Shown in pieces: positions 21,873-30,400 of a stretch of 64,000 nucleotides of DNA. The notes beneath the pieces were generated by a model. It ran no database searches, was not told where the DNA came from, and was given only the letters and a program-made list of their open reading frames with translations. Numbering within the stretch: position 1 is the first letter of the stretch; each line of letters opens with the position of its first letter. This DNA is from Sphingomonas sp. (lineage in GTDB: Bacteria > Pseudomonadota > Alphaproteobacteria > Sphingomonadales > Sphingomonadaceae), in NCBI RefSeq assembly GCF_050725575.1, contig NZ_JBOHHW010000002.1, forward strand, positions 118,235 through 182,234, read 5' to 3'. The position numbers and the translations under genes are program-made.

Positions 21873-22408
21873 AGACACTGACGCTGCTCCGCCACGCCAA
21901 ATCCGGTTGGGACGACCCGGTCGCGCGCGATTTCGACCGCCCGCTGAACGGCAAGGGCAAACGCGCCGCCGTGATGGTCGGCCGGCACATGAAATCGCTT
22001 GGCCTGACCTTCGACCATGTCGTCGCATCGCCCGCGGTCCGCGTCGCCGAGACGCTCGACGAAGTGGTGGTCGGCTATGGCGAAGCGCTCGCCCCGCATT
22101 GGGACCGACGCATCTATCTCGCCTCGGCCGTGACCTTGCTCGACGTGATCCACGGCCTGCCCGACACGGCCGATCAGGTCCTGTTCGCCGGGCATAATCC
22201 CGGGCTCGAGGACCTGGTGCTGATGCTGGTCCCCGACACGCTGGCCGAGCCGCTGCGCGACGAGGTCGAGCAGAAATACCCGACCGCGACGATCGCCGAG
22301 CTGCGCTTCGAGTCCGGCACCTGGTCCGATGTCGCGGCGGGCACGGCGCGGCTTACCCGGTTCATCCGGCCGCGCGACCTGGATCCGGCACTGGGTCCCG
22401 ACGACTGA
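21869..22408 (+). CDS. histidine phosphatase family protein (SixA-like)
   Basis: 179 aa. LLRHAKSGW (RHG motif) and GHNPG. ATGA overlap with the helicase stop. Confidence 0.8.
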   Translation: MKTLTLLRHAKSGWDDPVARDFDRPLNGKGKRAAVMVGRHMKSLGLTFDHVVASPAVRVAETLDEVVVGYGEALAPHWDRRIYLASAVTLLDVIHGLPDTADQVLFAGHNPGLEDLVLMLVPDTLAEPLRDEVEQKYPTATIAELRFESGTWSDVAAGTARLTRFIRPRDLDPALGPDD

Positions 22409-22416
22409 GAATTTCC

Positions 22417-22675
22417 GAGTCGCAACCGACCGTGCTGGCTGTTCCTGGCTGTTATTTCGCAAAAACATTTTTTGCTGGCTGTTATGTTGGATTTTGGGAG
22501 TGAATTTATAGTTATTTCTCAAATGCTTAGGTAAGAGCTGGCTGTCATTGGGTAACAGCCAGCGAACAGCCAGTTATCAGCCAGCGAACAGCGAACGACG
22601 CTGGCTGTTCTGATCGAAAACAGCCAGCGCAGAATCGTTTAACATTTCCCAGTCATGTCAAAGAGCGCGGCAGCC
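22417..22675 (+). repeat. AT-rich structured non-coding element, copy 1 (candidate ncRNA)
   Basis: At least 9 GCTGGCTGTT/AACAGCCAGC decamers and three perfect 9-10 bp hairpins. Collinear sequence blocks are shared with 51695-51924 on the opposite strand. Confidence 0.6.
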
Positions 22676-22733
22676 CCTGCCGGGTCCGCCTTGCATGGTT
22701 CTTCCACGATCGCAGACCGGATTGAATCGGCGG

Positions 22734-23261
22734 TCAGTCCTTTTTTTCGAGCAAGCCCTTCAGCCCGGCCAGCGCGCCGAGCGGCTTGAGCTCATCCTCA
22801 CTGATCACGCCCGCCGCGCGCAGCGCCGCGGCGGCATTCGGTCCGCGCGGGAAGGGATCGAGCGCCAGCATCATGGTTTCCGCCGCCGCTTCGCCCAGGT
22901 CGATCGCCGATCCGGCATAGAATATCGTGTCGAGCACATCCTCGGACAGCTCGATTTCCTCCTCATCGACAGCCCCGTCGACGATGAAGCGCAGCGCAAC
23001 GTCCTCCTCGACCGTGGCGGGAATCGGATCATCGGTAACCGAACAGGCCTGCACCACCGCAGCCGAGACATGGCCGCGCGCGACAATGCCCGCCGGCTCG
23101 CTGCGCACTTTGAACTCGCCCTCAAGCCGTTCGATCGCAATCAAGCCGAAGCGCGCGGCGAGCGCAGCGCGTTCGGTGTCGTTCGCGGCGATGGAGATGC
23201 TGCGTTCGCCAGCGCCAAAGGTATCGATCCGTTCGAGGCGAGAAAATTCGGGCGCGCTCAT
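22734..23261 (-). CDS. yceD: YceD/DUF177 family protein
   Basis: 175 aa, acidic. C-terminal part DPFPRGP...LKGLL is typical of DUF177. Confidence 0.8.
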   Translation of the reverse strand: MSAPEFSRLERIDTFGAGERSISIAANDTERAALAARFGLIAIERLEGEFKVRSEPAGIVARGHVSAAVVQACSVTDDPIPATVEEDVALRFIVDGAVDEEEIELSEDVLDTIFYAGSAIDLGEAAAETMMLALDPFPRGPNAAAALRAAGVISEDELKPLGALAGLKGLLEKKD

Positions 23262-23785
23262 GGCAATTGCCCCGCGATCACCGACCCGAGCGGCAGCGCG
23301 GTGAGCGCCGTATCGAACCCGAGCAGCGCGTCGCGCACATGACCGACCGCCGGCGCGCCCGGATCCTCGCCGCGATACAGGTTGCGCAGCAGCGCCGGCG
23401 CCAGATCACCCGCAACGAGCCCGTCGCGATAGGCGCCGATTCGCCCGCCCAGCATGCTCATCATCTTGCCGATATGCTTGCCGACCACGACATCGCCAAT
23501 GCCCAGTTCGCGCAGCTGCCCGTCCATGTCGTCGACGAAACGCTCAGTGAGCAGCGCGCTGGTCGCGGCCCCGGCCGGATCCTTTTCGAGCCGCAGCACG
23601 ACGAACGACAGGATCGCCGCCACCATGTCGAAGCGGCCATCGACCGTGTCCGGCACCTGTCCGTCGAGGTACCAATGCGGTTCCCGCGCCCGCGTCACCA
23701 CCGCATTATAGAGCGACAGCGCGCCTTCGGTCCGGCCCCCGAACATTCTCGCCATCCACCCCATCTCGACTCCAAACTGCCCCAA
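23258..23785 (-). CDS. ubiquinol-cytochrome c chaperone (Cbp3-like) family protein
   Basis: LYNAVVTRAREPHWY...VPDTVDGRFDMVAAILSFVVLRL. The start may instead be the MARMFGG Met at 23755. Confidence 0.75.
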   Translation of the reverse strand: MGQFGVEMGWMARMFGGRTEGALSLYNAVVTRAREPHWYLDGQVPDTVDGRFDMVAAILSFVVLRLEKDPAGAATSALLTERFVDDMDGQLRELGIGDVVVGKHIGKMMSMLGGRIGAYRDGLVAGDLAPALLRNLYRGEDPGAPAVGHVRDALLGFDTALTALPLGSVIAGQLP

Positions 23786-23902
23786 ACGGCCCTGCGCCCT
23801 TGTTTGGCCACGAAGCTCGGCATATTGAGACGAACGCTCCGCGATGCAATGCGCATCTCGGCGCGTTTAGCTTTGTGTGCGTAGTGCCCCCTCTGGGAGA
23901 GT

Positions 23903-24406
23903 TTGATGAGCGTCGCCGCAGCCCGATTCACGAAGGGCCGATTGATGATGGGTGCCGCGCTTGGCCTCGCAACCCTGGCGTCCGGCGCCTGCACACCGCT
24001 GCGCGCGCATCAGGGCTATATCATCGATGCCGACCTGGTGAACTCGGTTCAGCCCGGCGTCGATAACCGCAATTCGGTGCTGCAGACGCTGGGCAAGCCC
24101 AGCTTCACCAGCCAGTTCAACCAGGGCGACTGGTATTATGTCGCCCGCGACACGCGTAATTTCGCCTATAACAATCCCAAGGTCACCTCGCAGATCACGC
24201 TCCGCGTGATGTTCGACCAGAACGGGACCGTGACCGGCGTGAGCCGTGGCGGAGTCGAGCAGATCGCCTCGATCAGCCCATCGGGCGAGAAGACGCCGAC
24301 GCTGGGCCGCAAGCGCGGCCTGTTCGACGAACTGTTCGGCAATATCGGCACCGTCGGCGCCATCGGTGGCCCGCCGGGCGGTGGCGGCGATCGCGACCAG
24401 CCGTAA
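23903..24406 (+). CDS. bamE: outer membrane protein assembly factor BamE (SmpA/OmlA)
   Basis: Lipobox LASGAC, then HQGYIIDADLVNSVQPGVDNRNSVLQTLGKPSF. Confidence 0.85.
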   Translation: MMSVAAARFTKGRLMMGAALGLATLASGACTPLRAHQGYIIDADLVNSVQPGVDNRNSVLQTLGKPSFTSQFNQGDWYYVARDTRNFAYNNPKVTSQITLRVMFDQNGTVTGVSRGGVEQIASISPSGEKTPTLGRKRGLFDELFGNIGTVGAIGGPPGGGGDRDQP

Positions 24407-24579
24407 GGGCTTTTTTTCCAGGACTTCGCGAAAGAGCGAAGTCCTGGACGGTACCGGCCCGCTCCCCAGCCTTACAATTTCCTGACTGACTCGTTCCCGC
24501 TCCATTCAGCGCGGCCCGGCAAAAAGGGCGCGTGGCGTCGCGTTGTCCATGCGTCGCCGACCAACAATGGAGCAAGACC

Positions 24580-25086
24580 ATGCGTAAACTGATCATCGCG
24601 GCGCTTATCGGGGCCACTGCCTTTCCCGTCGCCGCCAGCGCACAATCGCAAGGCGAAGTCCGCCGCGACCGGCAGGATCTCCGCCAGGAACAGCGCGAAC
24701 TGAATCGCGCCTATCGCCATGGGGACCGTCGCGACATTCGCGAGCAGCGCCGCGACGTGCGCGAGGCACGCCAGGAACTGCGCGAGGATGTTCGCGACCG
24801 CAATCGCGCCTGGGGCCGCAACGATTGGCGCGGCTATCGCGACCATAATCGCGCCATCTATGCCCGCGGCAACTGGAACGCGCCGTTCCGCTACACTGCG
24901 TTCCGCCCCGGCATCCGTATTGCGCCGAGCTATTTCGGGTCGCGCTATTACATCGCCGATCCGTGGCGCTATCGCCTGCCCAATGTTGGCCGCAACCAGC
25001 GCTGGGTACGTCATTATAACGACGTGATCCTGGTCGATACGCGGCGCGGCGTGGTGGTCGATGTGATCCGCAACTTCTACTGGTAA
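24580..25086 (+). CDS. RcnB-family periplasmic protein
   Basis: Signal peptide MRKLIIAALIGATAFPVAASA, an R/D/E-rich coil, and C-terminal YYIADPWRYRLP...RWVRHYNDVILVD. GGAG lies 9 nt upstream of the ATG. Confidence 0.7.
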   Translation: MRKLIIAALIGATAFPVAASAQSQGEVRRDRQDLRQEQRELNRAYRHGDRRDIREQRRDVREARQELREDVRDRNRAWGRNDWRGYRDHNRAIYARGNWNAPFRYTAFRPGIRIAPSYFGSRYYIADPWRYRLPNVGRNQRWVRHYNDVILVDTRRGVVVDVIRNFYW

Positions 25087-25095
25087 GCGACTGAT

Positions 25096-25124
25096 GGCGC
25101 CCGGCAGCTGACCTGCCGGGCGCC
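25096..25124. terminator. perfect 12-bp GC hairpin between convergent genes (possible bidirectional terminator)
   Basis: GGCGCCCGGCAG-ctgac-CTGCCGGGCGCC. No U-tract on either side. Confidence 0.4.
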
Positions 25125-25153
25125 CAATCATGCGCGATCCCGGTCCTGCACAT

Positions 25154-27397
25154 TCAGCGGATCGTGAAGACGATCTGATCGACCACCCGGCCACCGACAT
25201 CGACCAGGCTCAGCCGGTGCCGTCCGGGACCTGCCAGCACCAGCGGATGCGAATCCGCCGCGCCGAGATCGCGCTTGTCGAGCCGCAGGCGGTGCGCCGT
25301 GACCTCGCCAGACACGCCGATCGCCAGTCTTTGCCGGTCGGGCGGGATATCCGGGTCGATCGCATAGACGCTGCCCGACACCGGATTGATGATGCGCGGA
25401 CGGCGCGCCCCCTCCGGTGCGACCGCGATCTGCGTCTGGGCCGTGCCGGCAAGGAAATATTCCCGCCGCGGCTGCTCGATCGCATTGGCGAAGCGGATCG
25501 TGCGTTCTTCGATTCCGGCCGGACGCTTGGGCCGCGCGCCCGCGCGATCGGCATGGAGCGCAAGCATCAGGTCGCGCCACACCGGCGCCGCGCCGCTCGT
25601 ACCCGACACTGCGCGCATCGGATCGCCCTCCAGATTGCCGACCCACACCGCGACGGTGAAGCGATCGGAAAAGCCGATGCACCAATTGTCGCGCATCGCC
25701 TTCGACGTGCCGGTCTTGACCGCCGCCCAGAAGGGCAGGCGCAGCGCGCTGTCGAGCCCGAAAGTCCCGGCACGGGCATTGGCGTCGGCGATCATGTCCG
25801 ACACCAGCCAGGCCGCCTGCGGCGAGGTGACGGTGCGCGGCGCCGGGCGCGGATCATCGGCGGTAAGACGAAGCGGCGTCCAGCGGCCGCCATTGGCGAG
25901 CGCACGATAGGCATCGGCCTGTTCGAGCAGAGTCACTTCGGCCGACCCGAGCGCGAGGCTGAAGCCGTAATAATCGCCGTCCTCGGTCATGCCACGATAG
26001 CCGGTGTCCCATAGGCGATCGCGGAACGGCTCGACCCCGACCAGCAGCAACGTCCGCACCGCCGGCACATTGAGCGAGCCGGCGAGCGCGCTGCGCGCCG
26101 AGACCGGCCCCTTGAAGCCGCGGTCGTAATTCTGCGGCACGTAAAGACCCGAGGCGGTATCGAGCTGCACCGGTGAATCGTCGAGGATCGAGGCCGGGGT
26201 GAGATAGCCCTTTTCGATCGCCTGAGCGTAGAGGAACGGCTTGAGCGTCGATCCGGCCTGGCGATAGCTCGACGCGCCGTCGACCGCCGGTGCGGTCGAC
26301 GCGCCGCCGATTCCGCCGACATAAGCCAGCACATCGCCACTGGCATTATCGACCACCACCACCGCACCGTCGCGCGCGCGCGTGCCGCCCAGCCCCTGGA
26401 GCTGGCGGCGCAGCGCAATCGTCGCAATGCGTTGCAGCCGCGCCTCGAGCGTCGTCTTCACGCGCAGGCCGGCTTTGGTCAGCAGCCGCTGGCTGAGATG
26501 CGGCGCAAGGCCGGGATCGAGCGCGAGGCTGCGCGCCGGGCCGAGCATCGACGCCGCCTCACCGGGGAAACGTGAGCAATCCCGATCATGCGATAGAGCA
26601 CAGGCACGGCGCGCGACAAGGCGCGGATCGGCTTGCGGATTAGGCAATAGTGCCGCGAGCAGCAGCGCATCGTCGCGGGCGAGCGTTTCGGGCGTCTTGC
26701 CGAACAGGCCGAGCGCCGCCGCGCCGACCCCCTGCGCCTCGCCCCGGAAACCGGCCAGATTGAGATAGGCCTCAAGGATCTGGTCCTTGCTCCAGGCGCC
26801 GTCTATCGCCCAGCCGGCGCGCATCTGGCGCAATTTGTCCCAGATTCCGCGCGATCCCGGATCGGCGAGGCTGGGCGAGAGGAAGCCGGCGACCTGCATC
26901 GAGAGCGTGCTCGCACCGCGGTGCCGCGTGCCGCGGATGCGGTCGCGCAGCGCGCCGATCAGCGCAAGGCCATCAACCCCGCCATGGCTGTAGAAACGCC
27001 GGTCCTCGGCCGCGATCAGCGTGTCACGGGTGACCGGTGAGACCTTGTCCAGCGGCGTCCAGGCGAGGCGACGCGCCGCGAAATCGACCCGGGCGGAATC
27101 GATCAGCACACCGTTGCGGTCGTAAAGCCATGATTCGGACGGATGCCAGCCGGAGCGGACCTGCACATAGTCAGGCAAAGGCGGCGGCTGAGTGGCATAA
27201 TCGCCAGCGGCGACCAGGCCGATCGCTGCCGCCAGCCCGGTCAGGGTCAGCCCCTTCCGGCTGGTGAGCGCCGCCCACCAGCGTTTCGGCTGTACCTGGC
27301 GCAGCGCCGCCTCACCCCTGTCCCCCAGCCGAAGCAGGGCGGAACGGCCTTTCGACAGGCTCAGGGAGAGCGAGCGCCTTGGATCAGGGTCAGGCAC
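25154..27397 (-). CDS. pbpC: penicillin-binding protein 1C
   Basis: 747 aa. Glycosyltransferase motifs (EDRRFYSHGGVD, GASTLSMQV), a transpeptidase domain (SAGSTLKP, KTGTS) and the C-terminal PbpC domain. Lies 3 nt downstream of the A2M gene. Confidence 0.9.
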   Translation of the reverse strand: MPDPDPRRSLSLSLSKGRSALLRLGDRGEAALRQVQPKRWWAALTSRKGLTLTGLAAAIGLVAAGDYATQPPPLPDYVQVRSGWHPSESWLYDRNGVLIDSARVDFAARRLAWTPLDKVSPVTRDTLIAAEDRRFYSHGGVDGLALIGALRDRIRGTRHRGASTLSMQVAGFLSPSLADPGSRGIWDKLRQMRAGWAIDGAWSKDQILEAYLNLAGFRGEAQGVGAAALGLFGKTPETLARDDALLLAALLPNPQADPRLVARRACALSHDRDCSRFPGEAASMLGPARSLALDPGLAPHLSQRLLTKAGLRVKTTLEARLQRIATIALRRQLQGLGGTRARDGAVVVVDNASGDVLAYVGGIGGASTAPAVDGASSYRQAGSTLKPFLYAQAIEKGYLTPASILDDSPVQLDTASGLYVPQNYDRGFKGPVSARSALAGSLNVPAVRTLLLVGVEPFRDRLWDTGYRGMTEDGDYYGFSLALGSAEVTLLEQADAYRALANGGRWTPLRLTADDPRPAPRTVTSPQAAWLVSDMIADANARAGTFGLDSALRLPFWAAVKTGTSKAMRDNWCIGFSDRFTVAVWVGNLEGDPMRAVSGTSGAAPVWRDLMLALHADRAGARPKRPAGIEERTIRFANAIEQPRREYFLAGTAQTQIAVAPEGARRPRIINPVSGSVYAIDPDIPPDRQRLAIGVSGEVTAHRLRLDKRDLGAADSHPLVLAGPGRHRLSLVDVGGRVVDQIVFTIR

Positions 27398-27400
27398 ACC

Positions 27401-30400
27401 TCACCGTTGGGCCACCGTCACCGGCGCATTGGGCAGCTGCGCGCGGATCGCGGGCGAATACATCGCCTCGACCCGCGTCGGCGGCAGGCTGAACCGGCCG
27501 GCGCCGTTCATGCGCATCAGATAGACGATGGTGAAGCTGCCGCGCGGCACCCAGGCGAAATAGCCGCGCCAGGAATCGCGCCGCCGCTCGACATAAGAGG
27601 CCTGCACGCCGACCTGCACATCCCATAGCTTGCCGTCGCCATCAGCCGCCGTGAAGCTCTCGCCGTCACCGGCCTTGGCCTGACCGGCGAGAATCTGCGA
27701 CTGGCCGCCAAGATTGCCGACGATCGTCGCGCCCGCCGGGATCGGGTCATTGACCACAACCCAGTTGCGTTCGGCCGAGGCCTCGACCGTGATCGTCACC
27801 TTGACCACATCGCCGCGGGTCAGCGTGCCGGGCGTGCGCGCCTGCACGATCTCGGTCTTCTTGGCCATTTTATAGCCGGCGAAGAGCGGTTGTTTGAGCG
27901 GCACCGCCGCCGAGACCGAGACCATTGCCCAGGGGCCGGCGGAACCGGCCTGTGCCATTTTCAGCGGGGTGGTCACCGCCGGCAGCGGGAACGACGCCTT
28001 GCGCAAATCGACCGCGAGCGGCCAGGAACGGGTAACCGTGCCTGAGCCGAGCGACAGGGTGGTCGGGCCAGTGATCGCCGATGCCGGATAAAGCTCACCG
28101 AATTTGCGCGCGGCGATCGTGCCCCAGGCATTGGCGGTGGTCGTATCCCAATGGCCGCGCAGCTGACGCAGGCTGACCCCGACCATCATCTTCGGCGCAT
28201 CGTCCTGCCAGCCGGGCCGGCCGAGCGTCGCGATGACCGCCTTGATCGACGCCTCATCGCCCGAGGACATCAGCCACCAGGGCGCGTTGCTCTGATCCGA
28301 TAGGTCGAGCCTGGTGCCTTCATAGACCAGGCGCGTGCGCAGCACCGATTCGGCGTTCGATTTGAGCGCGGCGGCATTGGCGATACCGGGAATGCGATCA
28401 AGCGCCACGAGATAGTCGGCGAGCATGCTGGTCGGCATTTCATTCGGCGGGATGCCGAGCTGGCCGAGCATGCCCGGCGACGCCGCGCCCTGCCGCGCCA
28501 GGGCGGTCAGCGCGGCAACGCGCTGCAGCCGGACATCGCCATATTGTTCATGCCGCAAGCGTCCGTCGAGCACGGCCTTCATCGCCTCGATCATCCGCGT
28601 GCGCGGCGCTTCGGGGATCGGCAGGCCGGCCTCGGCGGTCATCGACAGGACATAGGCGGTCAGCGCCTCCGACCCGGTCAGGCTGTCCGACGGCCAGTAG
28701 CGCAACAGCCCGTCCGATGCCTGATAGGTCGGTATGCTCGCCGCGAGCCGCGTCCAGGCGCCGCCATCACCCAGCGCGACCGCGCGCGACAGCGTCTGTT
28801 CGAAGCATTCGTAGGGATAGGCGGTCATGAAGGCGCGAACGCCCTGCAGTGGCGGCTGGAGCGTATCGTCGAGCCGGATATCGACCACGCCGCGACCGGG
28901 CAGCGCGCCCGCCGGCGGTGCGATCGCGATCGACGTATCGGTGCCGACGCGTGCGAGCGTCGCCGCCCACACTTCGACCGGGACCGCCGGAATGACATCC
29001 TGGCTGACCGTGATCTGGTCGACCGCCTTTTTGCCGTCCGCGACCGCCTTCACCTGCCAGCGCAAGGTCGCGATATTTTCCGGCGCCGTCAGGTTCCACG
29101 CGACCGGCACCGCGCCGCCCGCCGGGATGGTCACGGTGAGCGGACGGCCTTCAGCCACGCGCGGCGACACATCGACCGTCGCGGTGACCTTCATCGGCTT
29201 GTCCGAACCGTTGCGCAGCGTGAACGCCGCGGCATAGAAATCGCCCGATCGGACCAGAGTCGGCATGCCGGCAAAGATCGACAGATCCTGTGCGGTGCGC
29301 ACCGCCGCCATGCCGGTGCCGAACAGATCGGCGCCGTCGGTTGCGATCGCAACCAGCTTGAACGAGCTCAGCGCGTCGGACAGCGGCACCGGAATCCGCG
29401 CCCTGCCCTTCGCATCGAGGGTGACGCGGCCCTTCCACAGCAGCACCGGCTGGAAATTCTCGCGATTGAGGCCCGACAGGTCGCCACCGCCGCCGCCGCC
29501 GGCCTCGACCGCCTTGCGGCCATAATGGCGCTTGCCGACGACCTGCATCTGCGCGGTCGAGGTCAGCACCGAGAGCGAGCGTTCGCCCATCATCGCGGTC
29601 AGCAGGTCCCAGCTGTCATTGGGGGCAAGCTGCAGCAGCGCTTCGTCCACCGCGACAAACGCGACATCGGCGGTGGCGGCCGGCTTGCCGTCAGGCGCGT
29701 TGACCTGGACATCGACCTGCGCTGTGTCGCGCGCGGCATAGCGTTCCTTGTCCGCCTTGACCGCAACCTGCAACTTGTGCGTGTCCCAGCCGACCTTCAC
29801 CTTGGCGATGCCGAGGCGATAAGCAGGCTTGGCGAGATCGACCAGAGCGGTCGGCTCCTGTCCTTCAGGCGGTCCGCTCGCCAGCCCGAGGCTTTGCGCA
29901 ATACCGTTGACCCAGCTCCAGAAGCCGCTTTGCACACGGCCGCGCACCGCCATGACCGAGACGAAGACGTCGGGCGCATAGCTGCCCGGCATCTTCACCT
30001 CGACCACCGGATCCTTGCCCGACAGCGTGGTGACGAAGCTGGACAGAACGCCTTCGCGCTCGACCGTGACCAGGGCGGTCGCTTCGCGGAACGGCATGCG
30101 CACCTGGAAGCGTGCGGTTTCGCCGGCTTTATAATCGGTGCGTTCGGGGACCACGTCCATGCGATCGCCATTGTCGCCGCCGAACCACCAATCGTCATCG
30201 CCGGCGAGCCAGACCGAGCGCGTCGCACGTGCGACATTGCCGTTCGCATCGCTGGTCGTCGCCACGGCATAGACTTCACCCGACACGCCCGGATCGGCCG
30301 AGCATTGCGCCAGGCCCTGTGCATCGGTCGTCGCGCTGCACGTCGCCGAGAGCTTTTCGGTGCGCATCTGATTGTCATAGGCGTAGAAGCCGCCGATCAG

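Noticed and set aside
22455-22491. dif-like XerC/XerD half sites (ATTTCGCAAAA ... TTATGTTGGAT)
   Set aside because: The two arms resemble dif arms, but they are separated by about 17 nt instead of the 6-nt central region. The copy-2 left arm matches poorly. The pair is more simply read as -35/-10-like elements.
21653-22522. 289-aa minus-strand ORF covering the AT-rich element and the sixA-like gene
   Set aside because: It is antisense to a well-supported SixA-like gene for most of its length. The N-terminal part is low-complexity read-through of the AT-rich island, and there is no RBS.
22434-22628. Possible CRISPR array or plasmid-type iterons
   Set aside because: The repeat unit is only about 10 bp. 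Copies occur in both orientations, abut each other, and lack regular spacers, so this is not CRISPR. The iteron/origin reading is not excluded. It is disfavoured because the sister copy keeps the pairing but changes the repeat word.
22537-22628. LexA boxes (CTGT-N8-ACAG or alphaproteobacterial GAAC-N7-GAAC)
   Set aside because: The observed CTGT...ACAG spacings are 9 and 11 nt. The GAAC repeats are 3 or more than 15 nt apart. Neither fits the known operator spacings.
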